In this document: positions 21,688 through 25,577 of the stretch, piece by piece
Numbering within the stretch: position 1 is the first letter of the stretch
Layout: every line of letters starts with the position of its first letter
Assembly: GCA_002189035.1 (NCBI GenBank)
Contig: NEEC01000516.1
Span: 1-25,577, forward strand
Length of the DNA stretch: 25,577 bases
Reading direction: 5' to 3'
From: Utricularia gibba
Taxonomy: Eukaryota > Plantae > Magnoliophyta
Position numbers and translations under genes: made by a program
The notes under the pieces: model-generated
What the model saw: only the letters and a program-made list of their open reading frames with translations
Database searches by the model: none
What the model was told of the DNA's origin: nothing

Positions 21688-24600
21688 TTAAATTACGATA
21701 TCACGTGCACCCCACATGATTTTTTCAACAACTTACTTTATACTTGAGGAGGCGGTCTTGGGGTGCACCTAGAACGGGACAAAGGTCAGGTTTGGCTTGC
21801 GCCGAGAGTTAGTTGTAGCTCGGAAAATAAAGTGATGTATTTATTAACGTTCAGTTTTTGGGGCTGCCTACATGGTTTTTCAAGAACAGCTTCTCGTTTT
21901 GTGGCGGCCAGTCTCGCTGGGAACTTGGTCCTTGACCCCGATTATGTATGGCTCATGAGGTCAACCGGATGGAAATCGATTAAAAAAAAATGATGCCTTT
22001 GTTTAAATTACGATATCACGTGCACCCCACATGATTTTTTCAACAACTTACTTTATACTTGAGGAGGCGGTCTTGGGGGTGCACCTGGAACGGGACAAAG
22101 GTCAGGTTTGGCTTGCGCCGAGAGTTAGTTGTAGGAAAATAAAGTGATGTATTTATTAACGTTCAGTTTTGGGGGCTGCCTACATGGTTTTTCAAGGAAC
22201 AGCTTCTCGTTTTGTGGCGGCCAGTCTCGCTGGAACTTGGTCCCCCCGATTCTTTTGGCTCATGAGGTCAACCGGATGGAAATCGATTAAAGAAAATGAT
22301 GCCTTTCTTTAAATTACGATATCACGTGCACCCCACATGATTTTTTCAACAACTTGCTTTATACTTGAGGAGGCGGTCTTGGGGTGCACTGGAACGGGAA
22401 AAGGTCAGGTTTGGCTTGCGCCGAGAGTTAGTTGTAACACGGAAAATAAAGTGATGTATTTATTAACGTTCAGTTTTTGGGGGCTACCTACATGGTTTTT
22501 TCAAGAAACAGCTTCTCGTTTTGTGGCGGCCAGTCTCGCTGGGAACTTGGTCCTTGACCCCGATTATGTATGGCTCATGAGGTCAACCGGATGGAAATCG
22601 ATTAAAAAAATGATGCCTTTTCTTTAAATTACGATATCACGTGCACCCCACATGATTTTTTCAACAACTTACTTTATACTTGAGGAGGCGGTCTTGGGGT
22701 GCACCTGGAACGGGACAAAGGTCAGGTTTGGCTTGCGCCGAGAGTTTAGTTGTAGCTCGGAAAATAAAGTGATGTATTTATTAACGTTCAGTTTTGGGGG
22801 GCTGCCTACATGGTTTTTCAAGGAACAGCTTCTCGTTTTGTGGCGGCCAGTCTCGCTGGGAACTTGGTCCTTGACCCGATTATGTATTGCTCATGAGGTC
22901 AACCGGATGCAAAATTGATTAAAAAAATGATGCCTTTGTTTAAAATTACGATATCACGTGCACCCCACATGATTTTTTCAACAACTTGCTTTATACTTGA
23001 GGAGGCGGTCTTGGGTGCACCTAGAACGGGACAAGGTCAGGTTTGGCTTGCGCCGAGAGTTAGTTGTAGCTCGGAAAATAAAGTGATGTATTTATTAACG
23101 TTCAGTTTTGGGGCTGCCTACATGGTTTTTCAAGGAACAGCTTCTCGTTTTTGTGGCGGCCAGTCTCGCTGGGAACTTGGTCCTTGACCCCGATTATGTA
23201 TGGCTCATGAGGTCAACCGGATGGAAATCGATTAAAGAAAATGATGCCTTTGTTTAAATTACGATATCACGTGCACCCACATGATTTTTTCAACAACTTA
23301 CTTTATACTTGAGGAGGCGGTCTTGGGGTGCACCTGGAACGGGACAAAGGTCAGGTTTGGCTTGCGCCGAGAGTTAGTTGTAGCTCGGAAAATAAAGTGA
23401 TGTATTTATTAACGTTCAGTTTTTGGGGGCTGCCTACATGGTTTTTCAAGGAACAGCTTCTCGTTTTTGTGGCGGCCAGTCTCGCTGGGAACTTGGTCCT
23501 TGACCCCGATTCTGTATGGCTCATGAGGTCAACCGGATGGAAATCGATTAAAGAAAATGATGCCTTTGTTTAAATTACGATATCACGTGCACCCATGATT
23601 TTTTCAACAACTTGCTTTATACTTGAGGAGGCGGTCTTGGGGTGCACCTGGAACGGGACAAAGGTCAGGTTTGGCTTGCGCCGAGAGTTAGTTGTAGCTC
23701 GGAAATAAAGTGATGTATTTATTAACGTTCAGTTTTTGGGGGCTACCTACATGGTTTTTCAAGGAACAGCTTCTCGTTTTGTGGCGGCCAGTCTCTGGGA
23801 ACTTGGTCCTGACCCCGATTCTGTATGGCTCATGAGGTCAACCGGATGGAAAATCGATTAAAGAAATGATGCTTTCTTTAAATTACGATATCACGTGCAC
23901 CCCATGATTTTTTCAACAACTTGCTTTATACTTGAGGAGGCGGTCTTGGGGTGCACCTAGAACGGGACAAAGGTCAGGTTTGGCTTGCGCCGAGAGTTAG
24001 TTGTAGCTCGGAAAATAAAGTGATGTATTTATTAACGTTCAGTTTTGGGGGCTGCCTACATGGTTTTTCAAGGAACAGCTTCTCGTTTTGTGGCGGCCAG
24101 TCTCGCTGGGAACTTGGTCCTTGACCCCGATTATGTATGGCTCATGAGGTCAACCGGATGGAAATCGATTAAAGAAAATGATGCTTTGTTTTAAATTACG
24201 ATATCACGTGCACCCCACATGATTTTTTCAACAACTTACTTTATACTTGAGGAGGCGGTCTTGGGGTGCACCTGGAACGGGACAAAGGTCAGGTTTGGCT
24301 TGCGCCAGAGTTAGTTGTAACACGGAAAATAAGTGATGTATTTATTAACGTTCAGTTTTTGGGGGCTACCTACATGGTTTTTCAAAAACAGCTTCTCGTT
24401 TTGTGGCGGCCAGTCTCGCTGGGAACTTGGTCCTTGACCCCCGATTATGTATGGCTCATGAGGTCAACCGGATGGAAATCGATTAAAGAAAAATGATGCC
24501 TTTCTTTAAATTACGATATCACGTGCACCCACATGATTTTTTCAACAACTTACTTTATACTTGTGGAGGCGGTCTTGGGGTGCCTGGAACGGGACAAAGG

Positions 24601-25577
24601 TCAGGTTTGGCTTGCGCGAGAGTTAGTTGTAGCTCGGAAAATAAAGTGATGTATTTATTAACGTTCAGTTTTGGGGGCTGCCTACATGGTTTTTCAAGGA
24701 ACAGCTTCTCGTTTTGTGGCGGCCAGTCTCGCTGGGAACTTGGTCCTTGACCCCGATTATGTATTGCTCATGAGGTCAACCGGATGCAAATCGATTAAAA
24801 AAAATGATGCCTTTGTTTAAATTACGATATCACGTGCACCCCACATGATTTTTTCAACAACTTACTTTATACTTGAGGAGGCGGTCTTGGGGTGCACCTA
24901 GAACGGGACAAAGGTCAGGTTTGGCTTGCGCGAGAGTTAGTTGTAGCTCGGAAAATAAAGTGATGTATTTATTAACGTTCAGTTTTTGGGGGCTGCCTAC
25001 ATGGTTTTTCAAGGAACAGCTTCTCGTTTTGTGGCGGCAGTCTCGCTGGGAACTTGGTCCTTGACCCCGATTATGTATGGCTCATGAGGTCAACCGGATG
25101 GAAATCGATTAAAGAAAATGATGCCTTTGTTTAAATTACGATATCACGTGCACCCCACATGATTTTTTCAACAACTTACTTTATACTTGAGGAGGCGGTC
25201 TTGGGTGCACCTGGAACGGGACAAAGGTCAGGTTTGGCTTGCGCGAGAGTTAGTTGTAGCTCGGAAAATAAAGTGATGTATTTATTAACGTTCAGTTTTT
25301 GGGGGCTACCTACATGGTTTTTCAAGGACAGCTTCTCGTTTTGTGGCGGCCAGTCTCACTAAGAACTTGGTACGCCCCCGATTCTTTATGGCTCATGAGG
25401 TCAACCGGATGGAAATCGATTAAAGAAAATGATGCCTTTCTTTAAATTACGATATCACGTGCACCCCACATGATTTTTTCAACAACTTGCTTTATACTTG
25501 TGGAGGCGGTCTTGGGGTGCACCTGGAACGGGACAAAGGTCAGGTTTGGCTTGCGCCTAGAGTTAGTTGTAACACGG

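Larger units (their letters stand above)
1..25577. repeat. Tandem satellite-type array, ~315-316 bp monomer, 82 full copies plus a partial; array continues beyond both window edges
   Basis: Anchor ttaaattacgatatcacgtgcac recurs at 1, 311, 625, 942, 1256, 1570, 1882, 2198, 2510, 2825 ... 24506, 24817, 25131, 25442 (degraded near 7037 and 19826), always in the same orientation. Hand consensus (316 nt): ttaaattacgatatcacgtgcaccccacatgattttttcaacaacttactttatacttgaggaggcggtcttggggtgcacctagaacgggacaaaggtcaggtttggcttgcgccgagagttagttgtagctcggaaaataaagtgatgtatttattaacgttcagtttttgggggctgcctacatggtttttcaaggaacagcttctcgttttgtggcggccagtctcgctgggaacttggtccttgaccccgattctgtatggctcatgaggtcaaccggatgcaaatcgattaaagaaaatgatgcctttgt. 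Confidence 0.99.

Noticed and set aside
1-25577. CRISPR array or other repeat-spacer array
   Set aside because: There are no unique spacers; the entire ~315 bp is repeated. No cas or other genes are present.
1-25577. Rolling-circle concatemer of a single 315-bp circle (RCA product, viroid-like replicon or DRT2-type cDNA)
   Set aside because: A single template would give independent errors, but here multi-site haplotypes recur in 3-4 monomer phase. The monomer shows no rod-like self-complementarity, no continuous ORF and no nearby RT gene. A larger mixed circle cannot be fully excluded.

Overview
The whole 25,577-bp window is one head-to-tail tandem repeat array (satellite-type DNA) with no unique sequence, credible protein gene, RNA gene, CRISPR array or mobile element. 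By hand I count 82 complete monomers plus a 136-bp partial (25442-25577). The consensus is about 315-316 bp and 45% GC; the observed mean is about 310 bp because of scattered small deletions. The interest lies in nested periodicity. (1) Each monomer is an old, diverged dimer of two ~157-159 bp halves. (2) Monomers fall into linked-variant classes (X, Y, Z) forming a 4-monomer period in the first ~7.6 kb and mixed 3- and 4-monomer periods afterwards. (3) The 3/4 pattern appears to repeat every 21 monomers (~6.55 kb). Homopolymer jitter, garbled copies and blended alleles suggest noisy long-read or imperfectly polished sequence, so fine variant structure needs read-level confirmation. The ORF track mostly reflects the same non-coding monomer read repeatedly. 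Host and family cannot be identified from the sequence. A eukaryotic, possibly centromere-like, satellite is the best inference. I do not see evidence for a new protein-based system.
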